Shown piece after piece: positions 56,315 through 64,000 of a DNA stretch of 64,000 bases. The notes below the pieces were generated by a model. The model was not told the origin of the DNA. It ran no database searches and saw only the letters and a list, made by a program, of their open reading frames with translations. This DNA comes from Candidatus Hadarchaeales archaeon. GTDB lineage: Archaea; Hadarchaeota; Hadarchaeia; Hadarchaeales; Hadarchaeaceae. The position numbers were made by a program, and so were the translations under genes. The stretch covers positions 64,147 to 128,146 of the forward strand of contig JAVZGN010000001.1 of the NCBI GenBank assembly GCA_038872135.1, in the 5' to 3' direction. How positions within the stretch are numbered: position 1 is the stretch's first letter; the number at the start of each line of letters is the position of its first letter.

Positions 56315-57465
56315 TGGTGCTCCCCATGCTCGCTTTTCTGGCTGGAGAGGGATGGGGAAAGGCGAGGGGGATTTTCGGAAACTGCGCTTTTTCGCTCGAG
56401 ATAATGAACGGCAAGGTTTTTGTGAAGGAGAGAAACAGGCTCAGAGAAATGAGGAAACACCCCGCAAGTGTTTTCGACGAGCTTTTGAGCAGGGGGTACT
56501 GGGGAGTCGGGTACTTGGGGTACGAGTTCTTCAAATACCTGAAAAGCGGATTCCCGCCATCTTCCGGAAAGGATGGATCAATTGGGCCAGAAGCGGCGGT
56601 AATGTTTTTCGAGTCCCGCGAAAAAGCTTCAGAGCTGCTGGAAGGCGATGGTCGAGATTTTGGAAGGTGCGGGGAGCTGGTTCCAAACTTGAGCAGGGGA
56701 GAATTCATCGGCATGGTGAAGAGGGTGAAAGAGTATATTGCGGCCGGTGATGTTTATCAGGTAAATCTTTCCCAACGACTTGATTTCACGATAAAATCAG
56801 ACCCCACCGCCATCTTCCGCCGGTTCTACCAAGTGCAGCCGGTGCCATACGGGTGTTATCTCGATTTTGGGAGGTGGAAGCTGCTGAGTGGCTCGATGGA
56901 GCTTTTTTTGAGGAAAAGTGGTAGGAAGATTGTCACAAGGCCCATCAAGGGGACCAGAGAAAAAAGGGGAGCGGAGCTTCTAAGGAGCGAGAAGGAAAGA
57001 GCGGAAAATCTGATGATTGTTGATTTGATGAGAAACGATTTGGGACGAGTGTGTGAGTTTGGGAGCATCAGGGTGAATGACCTTTTTAAGGTGGAGAAAT
57101 ACAACACCCTCTACCAGATGGTTTCCGAGGTGGAGGGGAAGCTCAGAGAGGAGGCTTCATTTTGGGACACCTTGGAAGCCACCTTCCCACCTGGCTCGGT
57201 TACCGGTGCACCAAAGCGGCGGGCAATGGAAATCATCAACGAGCTTGAGCCCCATCTCAGAGGGCCCTATTGTGGGGCGATTGGTGTACTAGAGCCAAAT
57301 GGAGACTTCACCCTAAGCGTGGCCATCAGGGTGATGGGAATGAATGGGATGAGAGGCAGCATCTGGGTTGGGGGCGGGATAACATGGGGATCTATTCCCA
57401 GGATGGAATATGAAGAAACATTGCTAAAAGGAAGGGCGGCGATGATGGCTCTTGGGATAAAATGA
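56311..57465 (+). CDS. pabB: Aminodeoxychorismate synthase component I-like (chorismate-binding enzyme, TrpE/PabB family)
   Basis: C-terminal chorismate-binding signature (PGSVTGAPKRRAMEII...GPYCGAIG). Confidence 0.75.
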   Translation: MMVLPMLAFLAGEGWGKARGIFGNCAFSLEIMNGKVFVKERNRLREMRKHPASVFDELLSRGYWGVGYLGYEFFKYLKSGFPPSSGKDGSIGPEAAVMFFESREKASELLEGDGRDFGRCGELVPNLSRGEFIGMVKRVKEYIAAGDVYQVNLSQRLDFTIKSDPTAIFRRFYQVQPVPYGCYLDFGRWKLLSGSMELFLRKSGRKIVTRPIKGTREKRGAELLRSEKERAENLMIVDLMRNDLGRVCEFGSIRVNDLFKVEKYNTLYQMVSEVEGKLREEASFWDTLEATFPPGSVTGAPKRRAMEIINELEPHLRGPYCGAIGVLEPNGDFTLSVAIRVMGMNGMRGSIWVGGGITWGSIPRMEYEETLLKGRAAMMALGIK

Positions 57466-58271
57466 GGTCATTTGTGACAATTGACGGCAAGCCGGTTGAT
57501 GGGGACCTGCCCCTGAGATCTCTCTTTTATGGGGAGGGGGTTTTTGAAACATTTAGGTGGAAGGGGCGACCGCCAGTTTTCTTTGGACATCATTTAAAAA
57601 GGATGGAAAGGGGGTGTAAGTTCCTTTGTGTTCCTTTTTCTCCTAAGAGAATTGTTTGGGCGGTAGAGAGAACAGTTGAACTGGCAGGAATAGATGATGC
57701 AAGGGTTAAAGTCTGTGTTGTTTCTCTGGGCCCTCTCAGGTTCTCGTCTAGGCCGGCGGCATCCCGGACGGTAGTTCTGGTTGAGAGATATAGAATAAAG
57801 GCGGGCCCGTGGAAATGCTGCATAGCTACAACGAGGAGAAATTCCTCTTCTCCCCTCTGTAAAATTAAATCATTGAATTATCTGGAAAACGTGGTCGCGA
57901 GGAGGACCGCTGAGGGGAAGGGCTTTGATGAGGCAATATTTTTGAACGAGCGGGCAGAGGTTGCAGAGGGGACCACCACAAACATCTTCTGGATAAATGA
58001 TGGGCGCCTCTTCACACCTGCAATCGATTGCGGTGCGCTGCCGGGAATCACGAGAAAAGTGGTGATGGATCTCGCCAAAGATGCTGGGGTGGAGGTTGTA
58101 GAAGGGTGCTTCAAACTGAAGTCACTTTTGAACTCCCAGGGGGCATTTCTCACTAATTCCATTATAGGACTTGTGGAGATCGAGACAATCGAGAAAACTC
58201 AGCTGGAGCGAGGCGGAGAATTGATAAAGGGGTTGAGAGAGCGTTTGTTCACGGCGCTGGGGTGGAAGTAG
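57462..58271 (+). CDS. pabC: Class IV aminotransferase-fold protein (aminodeoxychorismate lyase-like)
   Basis: Fold-type IV PLP enzyme pattern; 4-nt overlap with pabB. Confidence 0.65.
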   Translation: MRSFVTIDGKPVDGDLPLRSLFYGEGVFETFRWKGRPPVFFGHHLKRMERGCKFLCVPFSPKRIVWAVERTVELAGIDDARVKVCVVSLGPLRFSSRPAASRTVVLVERYRIKAGPWKCCIATTRRNSSSPLCKIKSLNYLENVVARRTAEGKGFDEAIFLNERAEVAEGTTTNIFWINDGRLFTPAIDCGALPGITRKVVMDLAKDAGVEVVEGCFKLKSLLNSQGAFLTNSIIGLVEIETIEKTQLERGGELIKGLRERLFTALGWK

Positions 58272-58611
58272 CCCCTTTTTTCAGCAGCATTATTGCCTCC
58301 GCCAGATCTCCATTTGCTTCGGAAATCGCTTTCACGGCTGCCTCTTTGGTGGCGCCGGTCTGCTCCATCACAAGTTTTATGTCCTCCTCCGATGGCTGCA
58401 TCTGCAAACTTCGCTCCACTTCACGCCCTGTGACCTGGTAGCTCCTCTGCCCAGCCATCTCCGTGAGAGTCACCTGTGGATCCTGAATTGAGATCTCCTT
58501 TCCCTCCATCCTGATCAGAACTTCTTTGACTCCTTCCAGCTCCCTGGTCTTTATCCCCATCTGTCTCATGATCCTTTCCATCTGCCTCCTGTCCACCTTG
58601 AACATCACCAC
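58249..58611 (-). CDS. nac: Nascent polypeptide-associated complex protein (NAC alpha, with UBA-like C-terminus)
   Basis: QMERIMRQMGI N-terminal NAC motif; C-terminal ATKEAAVKAISEANGDLAEAIMLL UBA-like. Confidence 0.8.
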   Translation of the reverse strand: MVMFKVDRRQMERIMRQMGIKTRELEGVKEVLIRMEGKEISIQDPQVTLTEMAGQRSYQVTGREVERSLQMQPSEEDIKLVMEQTGATKEAAVKAISEANGDLAEAIMLLKKGATSTPAP

Positions 58612-59147
58612 ACCTTCTTCGCCAGAGCATTAAAGGTTCTTGCAATCCCCAGCTTTGCCGCCATGTTTTTCAGATATTCCATATCTATCTTTTCTCTTTG
58701 CCTGATCATCGTGGCGGCGCAATCGACGAGATCCTTGTGCCTCGGTTTTCTGAGCTTCTGGAGCAACAGATCTTCGGCGGAGATGATCCAGATTTTCCGC
58801 CCGAATAGCCTCACCCTCAGCCGCCGCTGGAGGGCCATGTAGTCATGATCAGTTTCGGCCTGACGGAAGTCAACCCTATAGCCCTCCTCCGCCTCCAGCT
58901 GAAAGGTCTTTGGGAGAAAAATGAGCTCTCCAATGGAGCGAAAACCTCTTTTCCTTGCCAAGGCGATCGCCCGATGGAGCTTCCTCTCTTCTGGAGCGAC
59001 TAAGAAATCAACATCTCTCGTTGATCTGGCCATCCCATAGTAACCGGCGGCGAGTGCTCCCGTCAGGGCATATGTCGCCCCGGCAGAATTTAAAATTGAG
59101 GCGATTCTCTTCACAACTTCCCTGTAAGCCATTCCTCCATCTCCCAC
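58605..59147 (-). CDS. Nucleotidyltransferase-fold protein (minimal NTase-like with C-terminal extension)
   Basis: G-x-n-DxD pattern (GALAAGYYGMARSTRDVDFLV) typical of pol-beta-superfamily NTases. Confidence 0.4.
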   Translation of the reverse strand: MGDGGMAYREVVKRIASILNSAGATYALTGALAAGYYGMARSTRDVDFLVAPEERKLHRAIALARKRGFRSIGELIFLPKTFQLEAEEGYRVDFRQAETDHDYMALQRRLRVRLFGRKIWIISAEDLLLQKLRKPRHKDLVDCAATMIRQREKIDMEYLKNMAAKLGIARTFNALAKKVW

Positions 59148-59347
59148 ATCTTTTCAATAGCCTTTCGTTTGTCTGCTTCTTTCATTGTTGAGAGAAAGAT
59201 TTCAAGCATCGTGTCTGAGAGTTCCGCCACCTGCTCCGCCGTCTCCGCCCCGTCGAGATTTTTAAGTGGGTCACAAAGGGTCTTGATATCTGCAACTTCT
59301 GATTTCGTTAACCCAGTTTTTCTAAGTAGAATTTTCCCCTTTCTCAT
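59111..59347 (-). CDS. Hypothetical 78-aa protein overlapping the NTase-like gene
   Basis: ORF only. Confidence 0.3.
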   Translation of the reverse strand: MRKGKILLRKTGLTKSEVADIKTLCDPLKNLDGAETAEQVAELSDTMLEIFLSTMKEADKRKAIEKMWEMEEWLTGKL

Positions 59348-59846
59348 TAAAGCCCCTCCTAGTTTTCACGGCAGCACCAGCTTTAAAAGCAGGCATCTCC
59401 TCCCCGGAGAGAATGGCTCTTCCGGTGGCTAGCAATTTCCCATCCTCATCAACTACAAGGACCTCTTCTCCAGGCCTTATCTCTGGGTCTGCGGCCACTA
59501 CATGTTTTGCGAAGACAGTTTTCCCACTTGTGATAAATTTTCCCACATCTTTTTTCACGACAACCCTCAGTCTCGGTGGGGGGACCGCCTGGTGAAGAAG
59601 CTCCGCGCCCTTTCTATTTAAAACAATGAATCCATCTGTGGCGCGGATGGCGCAGATTGGCTCATTTCCCAGCCACACCTGCCTTATCCTGCCTTTTGTC
59701 TTCATCACTTTTATCCCGGCAGGGAAGAGAATTTTTCCTGTTCCCTTTCCAAAGAGGTAGTCGGCAACTGCTTGCAACCTGTAGACATCCTTTTCTGATG
59801 GTTCAGTGAGCATTCTTCTCACTCTCCTTTGGACCAATCCAAGCAT
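59322..59846 (-). CDS. PUA-domain RNA-binding protein (pre-PUA plus PUA)
   Basis: C-terminal PUA-like GEEVLVVDEDGKLLATGRAILSGEEM; adjacent to the Trm5-family paralogue. Confidence 0.55.
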   Translation of the reverse strand: MLGLVQRRVRRMLTEPSEKDVYRLQAVADYLFGKGTGKILFPAGIKVMKTKGRIRQVWLGNEPICAIRATDGFIVLNRKGAELLHQAVPPPRLRVVVKKDVGKFITSGKTVFAKHVVAADPEIRPGEEVLVVDEDGKLLATGRAILSGEEMPAFKAGAAVKTRRGFNEKGENST

Positions 59847-60648
59847 CGATCACAACATGAGCGACGTTTGGTGAATATTTTTTCACTACCCTCCTTTCAA
59901 TGATTTTGACCTCTCTTCCTCCAGCAGCGTTTAGAATTCTCTTCACAGGCCTATCAAAAAGCATCCGGTAGGGGACTGTTTCATGATAGTGGATGATTCC
60001 GCCGGAGGGTTTTAGAACATCGATTGCTGTGGGAAGATATGTGTGGGTGACGTGAATTATTCCCATTATCACTCTGTCCGCTACCCCTCTTGGAGCGACT
60101 TCTTTGCAGTCCCCCAAAATTGGATGGATGAGATGCCCGACCTTGTTCATTCTTATGTTTTCCAGAAGGTAGCCAAATGTTTCTCGATTTTTTTCAACAG
60201 CATAGATTTTTGCTGGTCGCGCATGTTTGGCGATTGGGATGCTGAACTGCCCAACCCCTGCAAACATGTCAACCACAACCTCTCCTTCTCTCACGAGCCT
60301 TGGTATTCTCGCCCTCTCAAAGATGTTCCCCTTGGAAAAAATCACCTTTGCGACATCAAGCTTAAAGAAACAGCCATTTTCTCTGTGAATAGTTTCCGTG
60401 GATGGGTTCCCAGCAATCACTTTTATCTCGGGCGCCCTCTGCCACCCTCTCACGGGCCCCGTCCTCATGGCAACTGTTTCGATTCCCTTCCTCTGAAGCA
60501 GTTTTTCGGCAATTATCTCGGCCTTGGGAAGGAGGAGGTCTGGGAGGCGGAGAACTGCGACATGGCCAATCCATTCAAAGCCATCTGGCAGGATGCTGAG
60601 CTCATCCCTAGAGAGAACACCGGCCAGGGCATTTTTGAGAAACCCCAT
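59803..60648 (-). CDS. Trm5/Taw2-family (Met-10+) methyltransferase paralogue 2
   Basis: NGCFFKLDVAKVIFS, FAGVGQFSI, IYAVEKN motifs, parallel to 49986..50867. Confidence 0.75.
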   Translation of the reverse strand: MGFLKNALAGVLSRDELSILPDGFEWIGHVAVLRLPDLLLPKAEIIAEKLLQRKGIETVAMRTGPVRGWQRAPEIKVIAGNPSTETIHRENGCFFKLDVAKVIFSKGNIFERARIPRLVREGEVVVDMFAGVGQFSIPIAKHARPAKIYAVEKNRETFGYLLENIRMNKVGHLIHPILGDCKEVAPRGVADRVIMGIIHVTHTYLPTAIDVLKPSGGIIHYHETVPYRMLFDRPVKRILNAAGGREVKIIERRVVKKYSPNVAHVVIDAWIGPKESEKNAH

Positions 60649-60652
60649 GCTT

Positions 60653-62179
60653 TCACTGAGTCTTTGCCTTTTCCGCGAGTTTGAAAAGTGTAAGCTTTTG
60701 GGAAGCTTCCAGTGGAGTTATCCTCTTTTTGGCCGGCCTTCGCTTCTTCTTCGGTTTGACGATGCCTGCAGCAACCAGAAATCTCGTGCTCAGCTCTCTG
60801 TCGATCACTCTTCTTTCTTTTCTTCCTTTAAATGCCGAAAGGGGTATGGTCGCCCCAGCCATCTTCGGATGCCCTCCCGCAGACCCGATTTCTCTGAAGG
60901 CCTCGCGCAGCACATTTCCCAAATGAATTGAGACATCCTTCGTCCTAGCCGATACATAGATATTGTCCCCAACTATTCCGTAAACTAAGGTTGTCCCCAC
61001 ACCCTCTCTGTTGAGGAGGACATCCGCGGCAAAGGCTATCAATTCCCTGTTTTTCACCTCCCCAACATTTGCAAAGAGAAATCCCTCTTTTATTTTAGAG
61101 GCCCGGTGAGCGGCTATGAGCACCTCAAAGTTCTCTGGCGGTATCGATGGCGACATCAGGCGTCTTAGCATGTCCATGTCGGCAAACTTTGAGAGAAACT
61201 GGTAGGCTTCCATGTCCAGTGAAGAAAATCCCCTCACGAGGTTGATGGTGTCGGTGAGGATTCCAACAAGCAATGCTGTCGCCGTGGGAGGATCAATATC
61301 TATTCCTGCAAACCGGAGGTAGTTGGCGAGGAGGGTGGATGCGGCGGCCGCAGGAGTAATGTCGACGAATGTTCCCTTTATCTCGCTTTCTGGGACGGTG
61401 TGATGGTCAATGATGATGGTTGGGATGATCGATGTTGGGAGGGCGCAGTAAGAATGGGTAGCGACATCCACCAATGCAAACCACCGGTAGTCATTAAAGT
61501 TTACGCGGCTGGCTTCTATCATCTCCACCCCAAGGAGGTTCACGAGCGCCTTATTTTGCAGGTGTCCGATGATCCCGTCGTAGATGATGTCTGCGTCGAT
61601 GCCAAATCTCTTTGAATACAATTTGAGTGCAACCCCGCTTGCAATGCTGTCTGGATCTGGATTGGTCTGCAGGACTATCGCCATTTTTCCTCCTCTCGGG
61701 CGCTCCCTTTCGATGAGCCTCCTGAGCTTCTTTTCATTCATCATGCACTTGAGTCGGGTGAAAGTTTCCATTGCTGAGTTGGACAGAAGCTGGTTCTCTG
61801 GAAGAACCTCGCTTGCCCCAAGCCCTTTTGCATCTCCGGCATATGCCTCGTCGGGAACTCTTGCGATTACAACCGGGTCTATAGGAACCCCTGCTTTTGA
61901 TTTTTCCCTCAGCTCCTTTATCCTCATCAGAACTTTTCTAGTAGTGGAATAATCCTGTAGCATGACTAAGACAGCATCTGCATCGGAAATCCCCGCTGCA
62001 GAGAGGATCTCCGGAGATGTTGGATCGCCACAAAAAACTTCGTCTTCTTTATAGCCGAGGTTTTTCAAATGTTTTGTGCGGGTTTCATCGCGTTCGACCA
62101 CCACAACTTTTGTCCCCTTTCCTCTTATGCTCTCGGCGATAGCAAAGGCAAAATCATCCGATCCTATCATCAGATACAT
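60653..62179 (-). CDS. TrkA-N (Rossmann) domain fused to a DHH/DHHA1 phosphoesterase
   Basis: N-terminal MIGSDDFAFAIAE...VVVVERDE TrkA-N; DHH motif IIDHH; DHHA1 GGGH motif (GSAGGHPKMAG). Confidence 0.7.
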   Translation of the reverse strand: MYLMIGSDDFAFAIAESIRGKGTKVVVVERDETRTKHLKNLGYKEDEVFCGDPTSPEILSAAGISDADAVLVMLQDYSTTRKVLMRIKELREKSKAGVPIDPVVIARVPDEAYAGDAKGLGASEVLPENQLLSNSAMETFTRLKCMMNEKKLRRLIERERPRGGKMAIVLQTNPDPDSIASGVALKLYSKRFGIDADIIYDGIIGHLQNKALVNLLGVEMIEASRVNFNDYRWFALVDVATHSYCALPTSIIPTIIIDHHTVPESEIKGTFVDITPAAAASTLLANYLRFAGIDIDPPTATALLVGILTDTINLVRGFSSLDMEAYQFLSKFADMDMLRRLMSPSIPPENFEVLIAAHRASKIKEGFLFANVGEVKNRELIAFAADVLLNREGVGTTLVYGIVGDNIYVSARTKDVSIHLGNVLREAFREIGSAGGHPKMAGATIPLSAFKGRKERRVIDRELSTRFLVAAGIVKPKKKRRPAKKRITPLEASQKLTLFKLAEKAKTQ

Positions 62180-62253
62180 GCTCTCCCTCTAAAGGATGGG
62201 AAACGATAGATTTATAAGCATCTTTTTATAAACTCCATCACACAGGGGTTGGC

Positions 62254-62511
62254 ATGGAGTTCTGCAAAAAGTGTGGGGGGATGCTGGTTCCCCAAAAAAT
62301 CGGGCGCGCCACAAAGCTGGTCTGCCAGCACTGCGGTAAAAAGACGAAGCCAAAGAAAAGGACGGCCTACAAGATAAGTGAGAAGGCCAAGGGAAAGGAG
62401 GAAATTCCAATAATCGTGGAAAAGAAGAAAAGAAAGGGTGAAAAGAAAGTGGTTGAGCAAGAGTATGAGCTAGAACCCCCAGAATACTATGAAGAGTTCT
62501 TTGAGGAGTGA
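62254..62511 (+). CDS. Small zinc-ribbon protein (TFS/RpoM N-ribbon-like) with Lys-rich then acidic tail
   Basis: CKKCGGMLVP...LVCQHCG; tail KKKRKGEKK...EYYEEFFEE. Confidence 0.45.
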   Translation: MEFCKKCGGMLVPQKIGRATKLVCQHCGKKTKPKKRTAYKISEKAKGKEEIPIIVEKKKRKGEKKVVEQEYELEPPEYYEEFFEE

Positions 62512-62519
62512 TGCCAGTC

Positions 62520-63317
62520 CTACACCCTGATTTTAGATTTTTCCAACACGCTTGCACATATGCATTTTCTTTCTTTTGGAATATCTGGAATGGTCTCAGC
62601 AAAAAGCCGCTGAACCTCTCCCGCAGCCTTTTTCATTTCATCCAGGACCGCGGCGTGGGAGAGAATTTCTTTTGAGATTCCTGCAGCGTAGTTGGTGATG
62701 ATAGCGACGGCCGCATAGCACATCCCCAGCTCCCGCGCGAGCACACATTCCGGTACATTTGTCATTCCCACCAAGTCTGCTCCCAGGACCTTCAGGGCGC
62801 GGATTTCAGCAGGCGTTTCAAATCTTGGCCCCTCCATACAAGCGTATGTGCTCTTTTCGTGGAGTTTCAGCCCCATCTTCTTGGCGGTCTTAGAGAGGAT
62901 CTCCCGGAGCTCCGGACAGTAGGGCTCTGTTAAGTCGATGTGCACGACTCCTTCCCTTCCCCCCTCGTAGAATGTCTGCGCCCTTGACTTTGTAAAATCT
63001 ATGAACTGAGTGAGGAGGGCGAGTTCTCCAGGGCGAAAGCTCCTGTTTATGGTTCCGGAAGCTGTTGTCGCCAGGATTCTCTCAACCCCAAGCCTGTAGA
63101 TGGCCCAGATGTTTGCCCGGTAGTTTATTCTATGAGGGGGAATAGTGTGCTCCTTGCCATGTCTCGGGATGAACGCCACCATCTTTTCTCCAAGCCTGCC
63201 GACTGTTATTTCCGGCGATGTGCCATATGGAGTTTTGACAGTTACATTTTTCTTGTCCTTGAGCATAAAGGCAGAATATATCCCGGAGCCACCGATGACT
63301 GCAACTTCCGCCTTCAT
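62520..63317 (-). CDS. mtnP: 5'-methylthioadenosine/purine nucleoside phosphorylase (PNP family 2)
   Basis: VAVIGGSGIY...FIPRHGKEH...MTNVPE. Start taken at MKAEV to avoid a long overlap with uppS. Confidence 0.8.
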   Translation of the reverse strand: MKAEVAVIGGSGIYSAFMLKDKKNVTVKTPYGTSPEITVGRLGEKMVAFIPRHGKEHTIPPHRINYRANIWAIYRLGVERILATTASGTINRSFRPGELALLTQFIDFTKSRAQTFYEGGREGVVHIDLTEPYCPELREILSKTAKKMGLKLHEKSTYACMEGPRFETPAEIRALKVLGADLVGMTNVPECVLARELGMCYAAVAIITNYAAGISKEILSHAAVLDEMKKAAGEVQRLFAETIPDIPKERKCICASVLEKSKIRV

Positions 63318-64000
63318 CTTCCAAACCTCCTTTCTCTTATTTGGAAGCTTCTTATCGCCCGCAGGAAGTCCAGCTTCGAGAAGGAGGGCCAATCGGCTTC
63401 GCAGAAATAGAGTTCAGAGTATGCGGATTGCCAGAGCAAAAAGCCGCTGAGCCGCTCCTCTCCGCTCGTGCGAATGATGAGGTCTGGATCGGGGAGGCCT
63501 GCAGTGTAGAGATTTTGCTCGATCATCTTTTCATCAACTTCATGGGACCTGAGCTCTCCCTTTTCGATTTTTTCACAAATTTTTTTGACGGCCTGCGCCA
63601 ACTCTGCCCTTCCCCCATAGCCGATTGCAATGTTAAGAGTGTATCCATCATACCCCCCAGTGGCTTCTTCGGCTTTTTTTATAGCCTCTTGAACTTCTGG
63701 AGGAAGTTTGCTGACATCGCCGATAGCCTTTATTCTTATTTTATATTTGTGAACTCTCCTGTCTTCGGTAGCGTCTTTAAACTTTTTCGCAAACAGCTGC
63801 ATGAGTGCTTCTACCTCTTCCTTTGAGCGCTGGAAATTTTCTGTGGAGAATGAATAAACTGTCACGTGTTTTATCCCAATTTCCCTGCACCACTCCAGAA
63901 CCTCCTCAAGTTTTTCTGCTCCATAGATGTGGCCGGCCACGGGCGGTAGCCCGCGTTTCTGCGCAAACCTTCTGTTGCCATCTAGAATTATTCCTACGTG
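63314..64000 (-). CDS. uppS: Undecaprenyl/tritrans,polycis-prenyl diphosphate synthase (cis-prenyltransferase), 5'-partial at window edge
   Basis: Reverse frame stays open to position 64000 and encodes HVGIILDGNRRFA...; RTSGEERLSGFLLWQSAYSELYF C-terminal motif. Confidence 0.85.
   Translation of the reverse strand, partial: HVGIILDGNRRFAQKRGLPPVAGHIYGAEKLEEVLEWCREIGIKHVTVYSFSTENFQRSKEEVEALMQLFAKKFKDATEDRRVHKYKIRIKAIGDVSKLPPEVQEAIKKAEEATGGYDGYTLNIAIGYGGRAELAQAVKKICEKIEKGELRSHEVDEKMIEQNLYTAGLPDPDLIIRTSGEERLSGFLLWQSAYSELYFCEADWPSFSKLDFLRAIRSFQIRERRFGR

Noticed and set aside
1-64000. CRISPR arrays, IS elements or integrases
   Set aside because: I scanned intergenic regions and the ORF list. No short regularly spaced direct repeats, no transposase/integrase-like ORFs and no terminal inverted repeats were seen.

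Overview
This window reads as an archaeal (euryarchaeal-like) chromosomal segment of roughly 50% GC. It is densely packed with informational and housekeeping genes. A family B DNA polymerase runs off the 5' edge. Other core genes include fibrillarin/Nop5, aCPSF1 (FttA), the proteasome beta subunit, G1P dehydrogenase, the late ribosomal-protein/SecY/Adk/Cmk/L14e/Cbf5 cluster, and three tRNAs, one of which carries an intron. Three regions look accessory. The first is a 13 kb nucleotide-sugar/glycan biosynthesis island at 19.1-32.0 kb, which appears lower in GC and has unrelated genes embedded in it. The second is a cell-division-like neighbourhood containing SepF, a ZPR1-type protein, a tiny zinc-ribbon ORF and a MinD-like ATPase. 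The third is the most striking: a 5.6 kb gene at 42.0-47.6 kb encoding an 1862-aa secreted giant protein. That protein is built from ten tandem, mutually divergent ~115-aa repeats, two PGF-pre-PGF-like domains, a CARDB-like domain and a C-terminal membrane anchor. A membrane-spanning winged-helix regulator is transcribed divergently from it, and a CPBP-family intramembrane protease abuts its 3' end convergently. Other notable items are a DphB-NnrE fusion gene, an RHH-regulator/ABC-transporter operon preceded by phased direct repeats, and several start-site corrections where ORF calls overlap tRNAs. No CRISPR array and no clear mobile element were seen. All calls rest on motif recognition by eye; no database search was possible.
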